From the NCBI RefSeq assembly GCF_006345805.1, contig NC_043007.1, forward strand, positions 73,656,001 through 73,720,000: 64,000 nucleotides of DNA, written 5' to 3'. A program made the translations under genes and the position numbers. Below, piece by piece: positions 28,184 to 42,200 of the stretch. Each line of letters opens with the position of its first letter. Position 1 is the first letter of the stretch. Under the pieces are notes generated by a model. It was not told the origin of the DNA and ran no database searches. It worked only from the letters and a program-made list of their open reading frames with translations. The stretch is from Octopus sinensis (taxonomy: Eukaryota).

Positions 28184-29166
28184 ACGTTTGTCATATATCT
28201 TCCCTATTTCTCTTTTTGCCAAAATGTTTTCTCTGCTGTGAAATAAATCTATATTATAATTCTGCTTGCTTGTTTGTTTGTTCTTTAGTTTGTTAAAGAG
28301 AGAGAGAGAAAGAGAGTTGGTGTGAGAGAAAGGGAGGGGGGATTGCATGAGATAGCAGATACCTGCTTCCCACTAACCGCACTGTCACTCATGTGGTTAG
28401 TTGAAGTCAGAGGTGAAGAGAAAGAGAGAGATGTTATCAATGTGAAGAGGGGAATTACATGGTTAAGAAGTTTGTTGAAGTAAGAAGTAGAGAGAAAAGG
28501 AGGGAGGGAGGGAGAAAGAGAAAGAGAGTGTGAGAGAAATATTAAATGTTTAGCAGAGGGAAATTTTAAAATCAGATAATATATTATTGTGCCCGAAAGT
28601 GAAATAACTTGACAAATTAGCTGTGGATGTTATTTTTATTTAATTTGCAATGGAATTAAAGTTAATCATGCAAATAAAAACATTGTGCATATTCTCTATA
28701 TCATTTTGTTTACATTAATTGTATATAGTGTAATGTAATTATGTTAAGATATTACGTAATAAGGAATATGCAATTAGATATTGATCTTGCAGTTTCGATA
28801 GAATTAAATACTAATGAATGATATGTGTATTAAGTATTATATAGATTGTTATTAATCATTTATTGCACAGGCAACAATAAGATTTATATGCAATAAAAAT
28901 GCAAATCATCCTTTCTTTCTTAAATAGCTCCTCTTTATTTTCATTCTATGGAATTTCCACAGGTTCTGGTAGTAATATATAATTAATAAACCTTTAGACG
29001 CTTTGTACTGAAGAGATTCAGTCAAATCGAAATGGCAGCTATATACAAATATTAAAGACTTGATTGTTGAATGGAAAGGGGTAAAAAAAAGAAAGAAAGA
29101 AATTTAATTAAATGCATAAAGGCTATATACTTTATATTTACTTCTTGTTGAAATATATATATACAT

Positions 29167-29231
<65 letters not shown>

Positions 29232-30000
29232 TATATCTATATCTATATATACACCCACATAATTGATTCTTGACAAGGAAATTTTTCTATCCCTTGCAAC
29301 AGAAATCAATAACATAGATTGACAGTTTACATTGCTACAAAATTTTTTAACCAAACAAACTATGATTCTCCAATATTTATGTACGATGCTAGTCGCAAAC
29401 ATAGGCTAAAATTAAACATCTTCTTTTAGCAGTACAACTGAGAAATGGCCTTGACATAACTGCAGCTGTTATTGTGCCAGCAGCTGCAGTGGTTATTTTT
29501 GCTGGCAAGAAACTAACTTAGGTTTGTTGTAAAAAAAAAAAAATCTCAGTTTATATATAAATTTCAAATTAAGTTGACTTTTCTCCCTCTCCCTCTGTCT
29601 CTACCCAACATAACTGATGAACCTAGAACACAATCAAAATTAAATTCTTCCAAATAAAATGCTTTCATCATATATCTTTCCTTTATAGATATCTTGCCAA
29701 AATGTTTTCACCTATTCTTTCTCCTTCAATAAAGTAAATAATGTAGTATTACACTACACTCTTGTTAACTTCATATGTATATTGTATGTTGGCATTAAGG
29801 ACTTTATAGTTGAAACAAAAGTAGAAAAAAAGAAAAGAAAATTTAATTACTCATAAATATATAAAGATTAAATGATATGCTTCATTCCATTCACTTCACT
29901 ACCAAAAATATAAAAATTAAATTGATTCCTGACAAGACGATTCTCTTTCTTGTAATACAAATGAACAATCAGTTGACCAGTAGCATACACGCATACACGC

Positions 30001-30038
<38 letters not shown>

Positions 30039-30722
30039 ATCCATTCCTGCAACTTCATTTCATCCCCTTTTATCCAGAATCCTGTAGTGTTTGTCTTACG
30101 CTCTTCACTCTTTTGGCTTTGTCCCTCTTCTGTCCCACAACCACTGTCTCTCTGCTGCATATGTTTGTTGAGATGACGACTCCCAGTATTGAGTTGCTGA
30201 CACAATGCCTACCTATGGTCATCGTTTAAAATCTGTCAGCCATACTGGCATGGCCTGGATGGTTTGACAGGGCTCTGATGAGCTGGAGGACTGCATTGTG
30301 CTCTGTTTTCTACTTTGGCATGGTTTCTACAGTTGGATGATCTTCCAAACACCAACTGCTTTACAAAGTATATTGTATTTTTTTTTTGTCATGGCATTAA
30401 CACTTGTGTGGTCACCTTGTAAGTTGCAAGAGTAAGTGACTTAGAGTGACCCCTATAACTGAAAGTGAACAGAAGAGAGAGGATATTTATTGAATGTGAG
30501 GTGATGAGTGAGGCTAACTGTTGATTGGTTATCATTTAGTCTGTGAATAGAGTCTGCTGGATATCAGAGTGTGTCTACCTGCATGTTAGTGTGTCTACAT
30601 GCGTACCACAGTTACAAGATGATCTCTTCTTTAGAGGTTTCTTTCAGAGTTATCTTGCCTTTAGACTTGGATTAAGAGTCCTTGCTTGAAGCAGAGCAAT
30701 GTAGGGCCAGTTACAGAGAGTC

Positions 30723-30764
<42 letters not shown>

Positions 30765-31149
30765 ACAGACTATATATATATAATATGAGGGAATATTATT
30801 CCAATCTTACAAGGAAAAATTCTATTTAGAAATACTAAATCAAATTTCACAAAATATAATATATACATATATATATATAAATTAGAAAAAACCCCACCTT
30901 TTATCAATTAAAAATGAAAAAATTAAATTACACCATCTAGAAAATTACATATAATAGAAAGATTAAATATAAGATTAAAAATATAACGATGATTAAGTAA
31001 TGTGCAAAATAATAAATAAAACGTATATATTTGGTATATATATCATTATATTTTTTATCTTATATTTAATCTTTCTATTATATGTAATTTTCTTGGTGTA
31101 ATGTAATTTTTTAATTTTAAATTGATAAAAGGTGGGTTTTTTTCTGATT

Positions 31150-31210
<61 letters not shown>

Positions 31211-33073
31211 TATAAACAACATTATTTTACTTCTGTTTATTTTTCCCATGGGTTGCTCCAATATAAAATTCAAAATAATGTATTGGGGTGTATAAAGCAT
31301 TTATTGAAGGGTTTTTTGTAACAGAATTACTTCTATTATTTTTCAGATGCCGTGGTGCTGTAACGAAATGCATCAAAGCCAGTTTAGGATGTGTTTTTCA
31401 AGGGCCTAGAAGTGCACTTCAGAGTCATCTTTGGGAGTGCCCTTATAAAGATCAACAAGCTGGTAAGGAGCAACTTATGCCAAGGATATTGTTTTATTCT
31501 AAAATCATTAAGAACCTAGTATTGTTTGGGTTCCTGAATGATCATCATTGTTGTCATCGTTGTTGTCGTCATCATCGTCATTATTAACCCCTAGACATTG
31601 CTGTGTTGAGTCCCAGAACTCACAGGGCTGGTCGCCCAGTTTCCATGTTGTATAAATGACTGATACCGTGACATTTCCCCCCTTGAACAAGGAGCCAGTC
31701 CATTGCAAGCTTATTCATTTACAGCTGGACTGGGCTGGAGTAATGTGAAATGAAGGGTTTTACTCAAGAACACAACACACTACCTGGATTAGGAATCAAT
31801 CCTGCCATCATGGGTACAGCACCCTAACCACACATGGTACCTCCTGGCTATATAAATAAGCTTAACAAATTACCCCTCTAGTTATGAAAATCTGTGAAAT
31901 GCGTAGGTATATTTCAGATATTACAAAATACTGAAGTTTTGATTTAAAAATTTCCCTGTTGAGCAGTCAATAAACCTAATGTACTTGTTCTTCCAAATGC
32001 CTGCTGTTCAATAGTTTTCATTGATCATAGTTTATATTGACCACAAGAGAAAGTGTGTCTTACCGTTTAAACAGACTATTTGAAAAATAGCATTTGTAAA
32101 CAAATATCTGGCAGAACTCCCATAAAATGGTTGTTTGTTGAATCAAAGAGGTGGTTTATTGATGGTTTGCTAATCACTCATGTTTGCCTGCAACTGGTTT
32201 GTGAGGTTCTTATTTGTCTTTTATGTTTCTACTTGTTTTAGTCATTAGACTGCAACCATGCTAAGGCACTGCCATAAAGAATTTTTAATCAAATGAATTG
32301 ACTCCAGTGCTCATTTTTCAGTAAGCCTGGTGTACTCATTCTATTGGTCTTTTGCTGAACTGCTAAGTTACAGGTTATTAAGCAGTGGTGGGGGACAAAA
32401 ATAGATATACATACATATATTTTGCATGCACACACGCATAGTGGTGCACATAAAAATCACTTAGTACACTCTGTGGAGTGGTTGGCTTTGGGAAGTGCAT
32501 CCAGCTGTAGAAACCATGCTGGAACAGACAATGAAGCCTGGTGCTGCCCCTGGCCTTACCAGCTCTGGTCAAACCATCCAACCCACTCCAGCATAGAAAA
32601 CAAATGTTAAATGATGAGGCTTCTTTCAGTTTTCATCTACCAAATCCACTCACAAGATTTTGGTTAGCCCTTGAGGCTATAGAAGAAGACACATGCCCAA
32701 GGTGCCATGCTGTGGGACTGAACCTGGATCCGTGTGGTTGGGAAGCAAATTCCTGTACTAGACAGCCATGCCTACTGTGATATTTTGTTGTAGTCTAGCT
32801 CTGGAGGAAACTATTCCATGTGCCTCAATTTATCTGGCTGTTCAGAATTAGGTATGAGTATTTCAAGTAAAGCTCCCTGCAATAATCTGTGCCCTATAAT
32901 CTTGAGAAACAATTTTGCTACTTTATCAATCAATTGTACAATGATGTATATATATATATTTCTTATACAGCTGTGTGGTAAGAAGCTGTATATATAACAC
33001 TGGTTGTCAGGTGCTGGTGGGGGGTAAGCACAGATACAAAAGCATGCACACATAAATATATATATATACATAG

Positions 33074-33124
<51 letters not shown>

Positions 33125-36100
33125 AGTTCAGTAAAATTTAGATTCAGTTGAATATGGTACTTAAGTTAAAGGCACCAGAATTTAGTATGGTATTATCCAT
33201 ATTATTCAAAATGGGGTGATTATAATGAAAATAAGCAGCAAGGATATCCGGAGGTAATTTCAGTAATTTCGTTTCATGCGACTCCATTTAATTGAACAAT
33301 GCAAATATTACATCAATTTAAAAATGTAGAACAATCTTCAGCTGCATAAAAACATAGAATTTAGTTAAATTCGAAGGATTCATTTGTATAGTTTTCTTAT
33401 TATCCAAAATCACAAAGAGGAAAGTAGATAGACAAAGCCCTGCGGTGCTTTTCTTCACTGCCAAGGTGATGGTGGATGATCTTCCCCTCTGTGACCTGGC
33501 GGGGCAGAATCTTCTAAGGTCTTGGTTGTCTAGGTAGTTACATTCATAGCTTAGTTTAAGGAGGAGGCCCAGTTCCCTCATGTTGACTTTGTAGAACTCT
33601 ACATCACTCTCACAGATAATTTCAATGCATTTTTTCACAGTAAAATCTATCTATAGAGGAGTAGAGTGAAACTACATCCATACTACCTACTACACAACCT
33701 GTGAGGTCGTTGGAGTGGTTACAACTACTGATTCTACTGAAGAGATCCTCCGTGCTCACACAGACATTGGGGGACATTTCAATGAGAGGTTGTAATACCT
33801 GTGAGAAGAAGTAGGATAATGATAACCACAATATTCCCTACTCAAATACAAACCAAATACAAAGACGAAATAAATATATATATATATACAATGGGCTTCT
33901 TTCAGTTTCCATCTACCAAATCCACTCACAAGGCTTTGGTCAGCATAAAGCTATGGTAGAAAACACCTTACCCAAGGTACTACACAGTGGTACTGAATCT
34001 GGAATCATATGGGTGAGAAGCAAACTTCATACCACACAGCCATGGGTTCCACTGTTAAAACAAACGATTTTTAGACATTTTTTAAACAAAGTTAATAAGA
34101 CTGTAAGCTGTTGAATGCATTAATATATTTTATTTTTTCTTTATTTTAGCTAAAAATCCAGTCATTGATGGGGAAGTTTCCACTATAGAAATTCAAAGAA
34201 CAAGTCCAGAACTTGGTATCAGTATCGTCGGCGGATCAGATACTCCTTTGGTAAGTTCAATAGTTTAGTTAGGAATATGCATACAGGAAAATATCCAGGG
34301 CAAGTTCAAGACTCATGATGTTCATTAGAACACCTATTGATTAACTAATTAAGTTAATTACAATACTTGTGCTGATCCCATGTTAAAAGCATTGGAACTG
34401 GCCCCACATCAAAAGCTCCCAGTACACTCGGTGGAGTGGTTGGTATTAGGAAAGGTATCCAGCTGTAGAGAGCATGCCAGAACAGACAGTGGTGCCTGGT
34501 GCAACCCCCTGCCTTACCAGCTCCAGTCAAACTGCTCAACCCATGCCAGCATGGGAAATGGACATTGAATGATAATGATGATTAACTAATTAACTAGTGA
34601 TCCATACTCATTAAAATGTTCAAATTCTCCTTTCATTACTTTTTTGGCAAATGTAAAGTGTATGATTATTTAAAAAAATATTCAGGCATTCAGATTTGTT
34701 TGTAAAATCTCATTAATAATCTTTTGTTTTTTAATCATTGGACTATAGCCATGCTGGGGCACCACTTTGAATGGTTTAGTCTAACTAATTGACCCCAGTA
34801 CTTATTTTTATAAAGTCTGGCACTTATTCTATTAGTCGTTTTTGCTGAACTGCTAGGTTACAAGGATATAAACAAACCAGCACCAGTTATCAAGTGATGG
34901 TGGTTGGGTGACAAACACATACACTTATATGATGGGCTTCAGTACAGTTTCCATCTACCAAATTCACTCCCAAGACATTGGTTGGCTCAGGGCTATGATA
35001 GAAGACATTTGCCTAATGTGCCACACCCTGGGACTGAACTCAGAACCATGTGGTTGCAAAGTGTACTTCTTGACCACAGAGCCATGTCTGTGCCAGTAAA
35101 TAAATTCATAAAATTTTTGTATAAAAATAAGGATTACATGTTTGTATAATCATTGCAATACATTGTTTTTGTTAATTTAGTAATAGTTAATTATTGTTCC
35201 ATTATCTCTTCCAGTTGTGTATTGTCATTCAAGAAATCTTTCCAGATGGCGTTGTTGCAAGAGATAACCGTCTTTTACCAGGAGATCAACTTTTAGAGGT
35301 TTTTAGTTATTTCTTTCTTTTTTTTCTTCTTTATGTTATTGTTATTGTAATATGCCTAAACTTGTGGAGGTGCAATGTCCCAGTGGTTAAGGCAGCGGAC
35401 TCGTGGTTGTAGGATTGCGGTTTTGATTCCCAGACTGGGCATTGTGAGTGTTTATTGAGCAAAAACACCTAAAGCTCCACGAGGCTCCGGCAGGGGGTGG
35501 TGGTGAACCCTGCTGTACTCTTTCACCACAACTTTCTCTCACTCTTCCTTCCTGTTTTGTTGTACCTGTATTTCAAAGGGCAAGCCTTGTCACACTCCGT
35601 GTCACACTGAATCTCCCCAAGAACTACGTTAAGGGTACACATGTCTGTGGAGTGCTCAGCCACTTGCACGTTAATAAATGAGCTGTGATGTCACTGGTGC
35701 CAAGCAGTATCAGCCTTTGCCTTTCCCTTGGATAACATCGGTGGCACAGAGAGGGGAGGCTGGTATGAATGGGTAACTGCTGGTCTTCCATTAACAACCT
35801 TGCCCAGACTTGTGCCTCAGAGGGTAACTTTCTAGGTGCAATCCTATGGTCATTAATGACCGAAGGGGGTCACAATAATGCCTAAACTTTAGGGGGTCAG
35901 TGAAAAATAAGCCTTAAGATTTTTAAAGACTAATAGTGGTTGGTACTGAAAAGAGCCAACAGAGGCTAAAGGAGAAAAAAAAATTGATAAATGTTGGTCA
36001 GATAGGAGAAGAAATATTTTGTTGCAGACATAAAAATATCTAACACTCATTACTGAAGAATTCCTCTTCAAAGAGATGACTTATCAGAAATGTGATATGT

Positions 36101-38698
36101 TGGAGTGTTTTGAATTATTATTATTCAGAAAGCAGCAAGCTGGTAGAATTGTTACTATGCCAGACAAAAATGCTTAGCAGTATTTCTTCCAACTTTTCAT
36201 TTAGAGTTTAAATGGTTCCAGGGTCGACTTTGCCTTTTTATCCTTTCGGGGTTGATAAAATGAGTTACAATTGAGCATTAGGGCCAATGTTATTGACTTA
36301 CCTCCTCCCCTGAAATTGTTGGCCTTGCACCAAAATTGAAACCATTATTATTATTATTATTATTCATAAGACAGCGAGCTGGCAGAATTGTTAGCATACT
36401 GGGCAAAATTCTTAGTAGTATTAGTATTTCATCTGAGTTCAAATTCTGTCAAGGTTGACTTTGCCTTTCGTCCTTTTGGGGTCGATAAATTGAGTGCCAA
36501 TGAAATACTAGGGTTGATGTAAAATAGCTGCCCTAATGACAAAATTTGAAACCATTATTATTAATATTCATAAGGTGGTGAGCTGGTAGAATTGTTACTG
36601 TGCTAGAAAAAATGGTTAGCAGAATTTTTCCAACTTTACATTCCGAATTCAAATACTGCTGGGGTCGACTTAGCCTTTTGTCCTTACGGTTTTGATAAAA
36701 TAAGTAACTGTTGATCATTGGGGTCAATGTAATTGATTTATCCCTTCCCCTGAAATTGTTGGCATTCCCCCAAAACTGGAAACCATTATTATTATACTAA
36801 CTGGCCCCGTGCTGTCAAAAATGACAGCTAATTGTCATATATAAAAGGGTACAAAAAGGTGAAAAAAAATCAAACAGTGCTTCAACTCTGTATGTGTGTG
36901 GGCACGCGCGAGCATATGCATACATTTATATGTATGAGTAGCATAGTCTGTAGCAAATGCAGTTTTCTACACTTTGACACAACCCACTTCCTTCCTTTTT
37001 AAACGTGTCTGTTTATACATGTATATATGTGTAAATGCGCATGTGTCTGTAATTCTGTTTTCTATGTATCTTTCTAAATAAACATATGCACTCACTCAAA
37101 TATATAAATATATTTTACACAAACACACACATACACACACAAACATTCACATTGCTCCCTTTCACATGGACACATATACTCTCACAGAGTTGAAACACTG
37201 TTTGATTTTTGTTTCACCGTTGACTTTTTACCATCCCACTTCCATCGGTGGATCACCCCTTCCTTTCCCATTCATATGTTGTGCTGGAAAAATACACAAG
37301 ATTATTATTATAGTAGAAGATACCTGACACTCTCTTTGCTACTTCCTCTCTTTCATTGTTATTACTTTCTCACTCCCTCTCTGTCATGGCTATTACTCTT
37401 ACTACTTCTCCTTCACTGAATTACTATTTTCTCTCCCCTCCCTTCACCATTCATTCTTCGGCAGAATTTGAACTCAGAATGTGAAGGCAGACAAAATACC
37501 ACTAAGCATTTCATCCGGTGTGCTAACGATTCTGCCAGCTTGCTTCCTTTAACTGTCACAATATAGAAACATTTCTCATGGCACCAGCTCACAATTTACG
37601 GATGCTTACATTTTTTCACATTTTCCATGAATTTTTTTGTGGGTCCAGCTAGTTATTATTATTATTATTATTATTTACATTAGACAGATATTTGTCCTCA
37701 TCTTGTTTGTTGTTAACACAACGTTTCAGCTGACATACCCTCCAGCCTTCTTCAGGTAGCTTGGGGAAATTTCAAACCTGGTTCTTATTCCTAAGGTATG
37801 CCCATGAGCATATGGCATAGTGGTTAAGAGCGTGGGCTACTAACCCCAAGATTCTGAGTTCGATTCCAGGCAGTGACCTGAATAATAAGGATAATAATAA
37901 TAATAATAATAACATCGAAAAATACTTTAGGAATGAGAACCCGGTTCGAAATTTCTCCAAGACACCTGATGAAAGCTGGAGGGCATATCAGCCGAAACGT
38001 TGTGTTAACAGTAAACAAGACGAGGACAAATATCTGTCAAATGTAAATAATGTAAATATAGAACTGTATTATTACTATTATTAATATCTTACATATTAAA
38101 ACTGAAAATGTCTGTCTGTGTGTATCGGTATGCCCTCGTTTTGCGCCAAAACTGCTTGACCAATTTTTCTTAAACTTCACACGCACATTGCTTATATGTC
38201 TGGGGAGGTTTTATGTATAAATTGATTTTGAAAAAATGTTCAGGTAAATAGCGGGAGGAATAACATTTGGGCATGAGTGAACAGTGGGAGTAATTATTTT
38301 AAGCTTCCAAGGGAAATAACCCATTCATTTTTCAGTATGCTTATTTCTTAGTATTTGAACTATTTTAGTTATTTTCTCAATTTATCCAATACAACACTTA
38401 AACAAGTAAATAGTATTCTCCTAAACAATAAATCCACTTATTTTGGTTAGTGATTTATTCACCACAGTTAATTACCTTGAATTGTTATCTCTATCTGATT
38501 AGCCTGTTATTACGTAACATGTTTCACGATTTTAGTATATATACCTTATTAATATTTCCACCTAAAATCTATATATTCTGGGAATGTATTAAAGCCTTTT
38601 TGGGGTTGATAAATTAAGTACCAGTGAAACACTGAGATTGGTGTATTTGACCAGTCCCCTCCCTGCAAATTTCAGGCCTTGTGCTTATAGTAGAAAAG

Positions 38699-38743
<45 letters not shown>

Positions 38744-39213
38744 TAAGGTGGTGAGCTGACAGAATTGTTAGTATTCCAGGCGAAATGTTTAGTGTTTTTT
38801 TTTTATCTGTCTTTATGTTCTGAGTTCACATTCCACCGAGGTCGACTTTGTCTTTAATCCTTTCAGGGTCAATGAAATAAGTACCAGTTATGCACTGGGG
38901 AGTGCGGGCAATGTAATTGACTAGTCCCCTCCCACCAAATTTCAGGCCTTGTACCTATAGTAGAAAGGATTATTATTTTATGTATTAAGATGGTGAGCTG
39001 GCAGAATCGTTAGCATGCCAGGTAAAATGTTTAGCAACATTTTGTTTGTCTTTATGTTCTGAGTTCAAATTCAGCTAAGGTTGATTTTGCCTTTCATTCT
39101 TTTGGGGTTGATAAATTAAATACCAATTGAACACTGTGGTCGATGTAATCGACATAAACCCTTTACCAAATTTCAGGCCCTCTGCCTATAGTAGAGAAGA
39201 TTATTATTATTAC

Positions 39214-39250
<37 letters not shown>

Positions 39251-42200
39251 TAGTATTGAGAGCTGATAAAATATTACTTTGATGTTTTATCCAGAAAGTT
39301 TATATAAACAGAAATGGGTTTCAAACACGCTTTATGAAAAACTGAAGTAGTTATTTTAATAATTCCTTTTTACTTTTTAATAATTACAGTCTCTCTTTAT
39401 ATACAAATAGAACTATTATTATTATTATTAATATCTATTTTTAAATTTTGGCACAAGGCCAGCAATTTTGGGGAGGGGGTAAGTCAATTACATTGACCCC
39501 CTGCTGCTCAACTGGTACTTATTTTATTGATTGTTTTTTTTTTCTTTAATTTTAACAGGTGAATGGTGAAGATTTGAGCATGGCCACGCATTATGAAGCA
39601 CAACAAGCATTGAATTGTTATTCTTCATTGTGTCGTCTCACAGTATATCGGGAAAAAGCTGAAGATATCCGACCTGTTGAGAAGGAAGGTAATTTCAACT
39701 TACAAATTCAAATAAAATCTGGCTCTCCATCAGTTACAACAAGGGTTCCAATTGATCTGATCAATGGAACAGCTTGTTCTTGAAATTGACATGCAAGTGG
39801 CTGAGCACGACACAGATATGTGTAACCATGACATAGTTCTCAGGGAGATTCTGTGTGACTAGGTTGGCCCTTTGAAATACAACTCATTTTTGCCAGCAGA
39901 GTGAACTGGAGCAATAAGAAATAAAGGCACAGGAGTAGCTGTGTGGTAAGTAGCTTGCTTACCAACCACATAGTTCTGGGTTCAGTGCCACTGCGTGGCA
40001 CCTTGAGCAAGTGTCTTCTACTATAGCCTTGTGAGTGGATTTGGTAGACGGAAACTGAAAGAAGCCGGTCATGTGTATGTATGTGTGTGTGTGTGTATAT
40101 GTTTGTTTGTGTATCTGTGTTTGTCCCCCCAACATTGCTTGGCAACCAATCCTGGTGTGTTTACGTCTTCGTAACTTAGCGGTTCAGCAAAAGAGACTGA
40201 TAGAATAAGTTCTAGGCTTACAAAGAATAAGTCCTGGAGTCGATTTGCTCGATTTGCTCCAGCATGACCGCAGTCAAATGACTTAAACGAGTAAAAGTAA
40301 AGAGTGTCTTGCTCAAGGACACAATGCATCTCTGGGAATCAAACACATGACCTTATGATCATGAGCTGAATACCTTAATCCCTAAGCTAGGCGCTTTCAC
40401 ATTATGTCTAATTGGGCCACAAGAATATATGTAAAGAAAAGCTGCAGAACCAAAATATGTAACTACTAAGACAAAATATAACAAAGTTGAAAATAACCTG
40501 TCATTTTAATTCCACTGTTTCTATTAATTATGCAATATTTTATTTTCAGAAATATTAAAAATTACATTGACGAAAAGGAGAGGGAAACAACTGGGGATTA
40601 AACTTGTTGGTAAACGGTAAGTAGACTTTTGCTTGATTGTAAGGATATCATCATCATCATCATTTAATGTCTGCTTTCCATGCTAGCATGGGTTGGACGG
40701 TTCGACCAAGGTCTGGTAAGCATGGAGGCTGTGCCAGACTGCAGTCTGGTTTAGCAGTGTTTCTACAGCTTGATGTCCTTCCTAATGCCAACCACTCCGA
40801 GAGTCTAGTGGGTGCTTTTTATGTGCCACCTGCACAGGTGCCAGACGAGGCTGGCAAACGGCCACAATCGGATGGTGCTTTTTACGTGCTACCGGCACGG
40901 GGGCCAGACGAGGCTGGTACAGCCACAATCGGATGGTGCTTTTTACGTGCCACCGGCACGGAGGCCAGTCGGGGTGGCGCTGGCAACGGCCATGTTCGGA
41001 TGGCTCTCTTACGTGCCACCGACACTGGTATCACAGCTACAATTTCCATTGATCATCATTTAACGTCTGTTTTCCATGCTAGCATGGGTTGGACAGTTCG
41101 ACCGGGGTCTGGTAAGCCATGGAGGCTGCACCAGGCTCCAGTATGGTTTGGCAGTGTTTCTACAGCTGGATGCCCTTCCTAACGCCAACCACTCCGTGAG
41201 TGTAGTGGGTGTTTTTTACGTGCCACCAGCACAGGGGCCAGAGGAGGCTGGCAAACGGCCACGATTAGTTGATGCTTTTACGTGTCTCCAACACGGACAC
41301 CAGTCAAGGTGGCACTGGCATCTGCCACGTTCGGAGGAATTATAAAGAATCTGTTGAGAGAGATTTTGCTGTTGCATTGGATATATTTATATATTTTGTG
41401 TGTGGATGCTTGACAGCTGATCAATCCTTTCAAAAGTTGGTGATTGAGGTGTGAATTGAATTTAGAGCATGACGGATATGTCATTTATTCTGTAAGGTTG
41501 GAAAAAATTACAGTTTGATTTCATCATTGATTCCTGTTGCCATCAAATTATCGAAGATAGAAACCTAGTAGATCAGATAAAAAGTTTGGACAAAGCTGAA
41601 CATTGGTTCTATATTTACATTAATTTCTCTTTTCTGAATTACAGAATTATTGATTTCTAACAGTACTAATATTGGTTTCTAGCAAAAATATTGTGCTATT
41701 CTGTGGACATATTTAAGTTTTCAATGGCATTTGTTAGTGTTTGGTTAATCCAGTGGTTCTCAACCATTTTTTACCTATGGATCCCTTAATTCCTGTTTTA
41801 CTTAAGTGGATCCTCATAGGCATTCGATGTTTAAAAAATATTGCTATATTTTTATAGTTAAGTATTATTAGGAATTGTATTAAAAAATTGTTAATATATT
41901 ATGTGTATTGTGGAAGTATAAACAATTTATTGTTGAAGTATAAGCAATTTATTGTACTTAAATTTTTAACAAAAGAAAATATTATATGGACTTCCAGGAG
42001 TTGTATTGACTCCTGATTGAGAACCACTGGGTTAAACTACTGATGAAGTTGTTTGCCAGATCAAAATGTAATCAGTATTGATGATGAAAATTTTATTATT
42101 GTTTTTTTATTTTACACTTTCAGAAATGGTCCTGGAGTCTATATCCTAAACCTGGTAAGTGATTGATTTATTTCCTTTGATAGTTTAATGGTAAATCATT

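Larger units (their letters stand above)
37674..38050 (+). mobile_element. tRNA-headed SINE family E with hammerhead tail and inverted 5' arm
   Basis: A box TGGCATAGTGG and B box GAGTTCGATTCC at 37800-37880; 37674-37799 is the reverse complement of 37922-38048. Confidence 0.85.

Noticed and set aside
29430-29521. Possible extra LNX exon (ttttag...gtttgt)
   Set aside because: Stop codon in the required phase; no homology
37800-37880. tRNA gene call for the tRNA-like heads (also 5345-5417, 25682, 35364, 47799)
   Set aside because: No clean cloverleaf, and each runs into a repeated SINE body and tail
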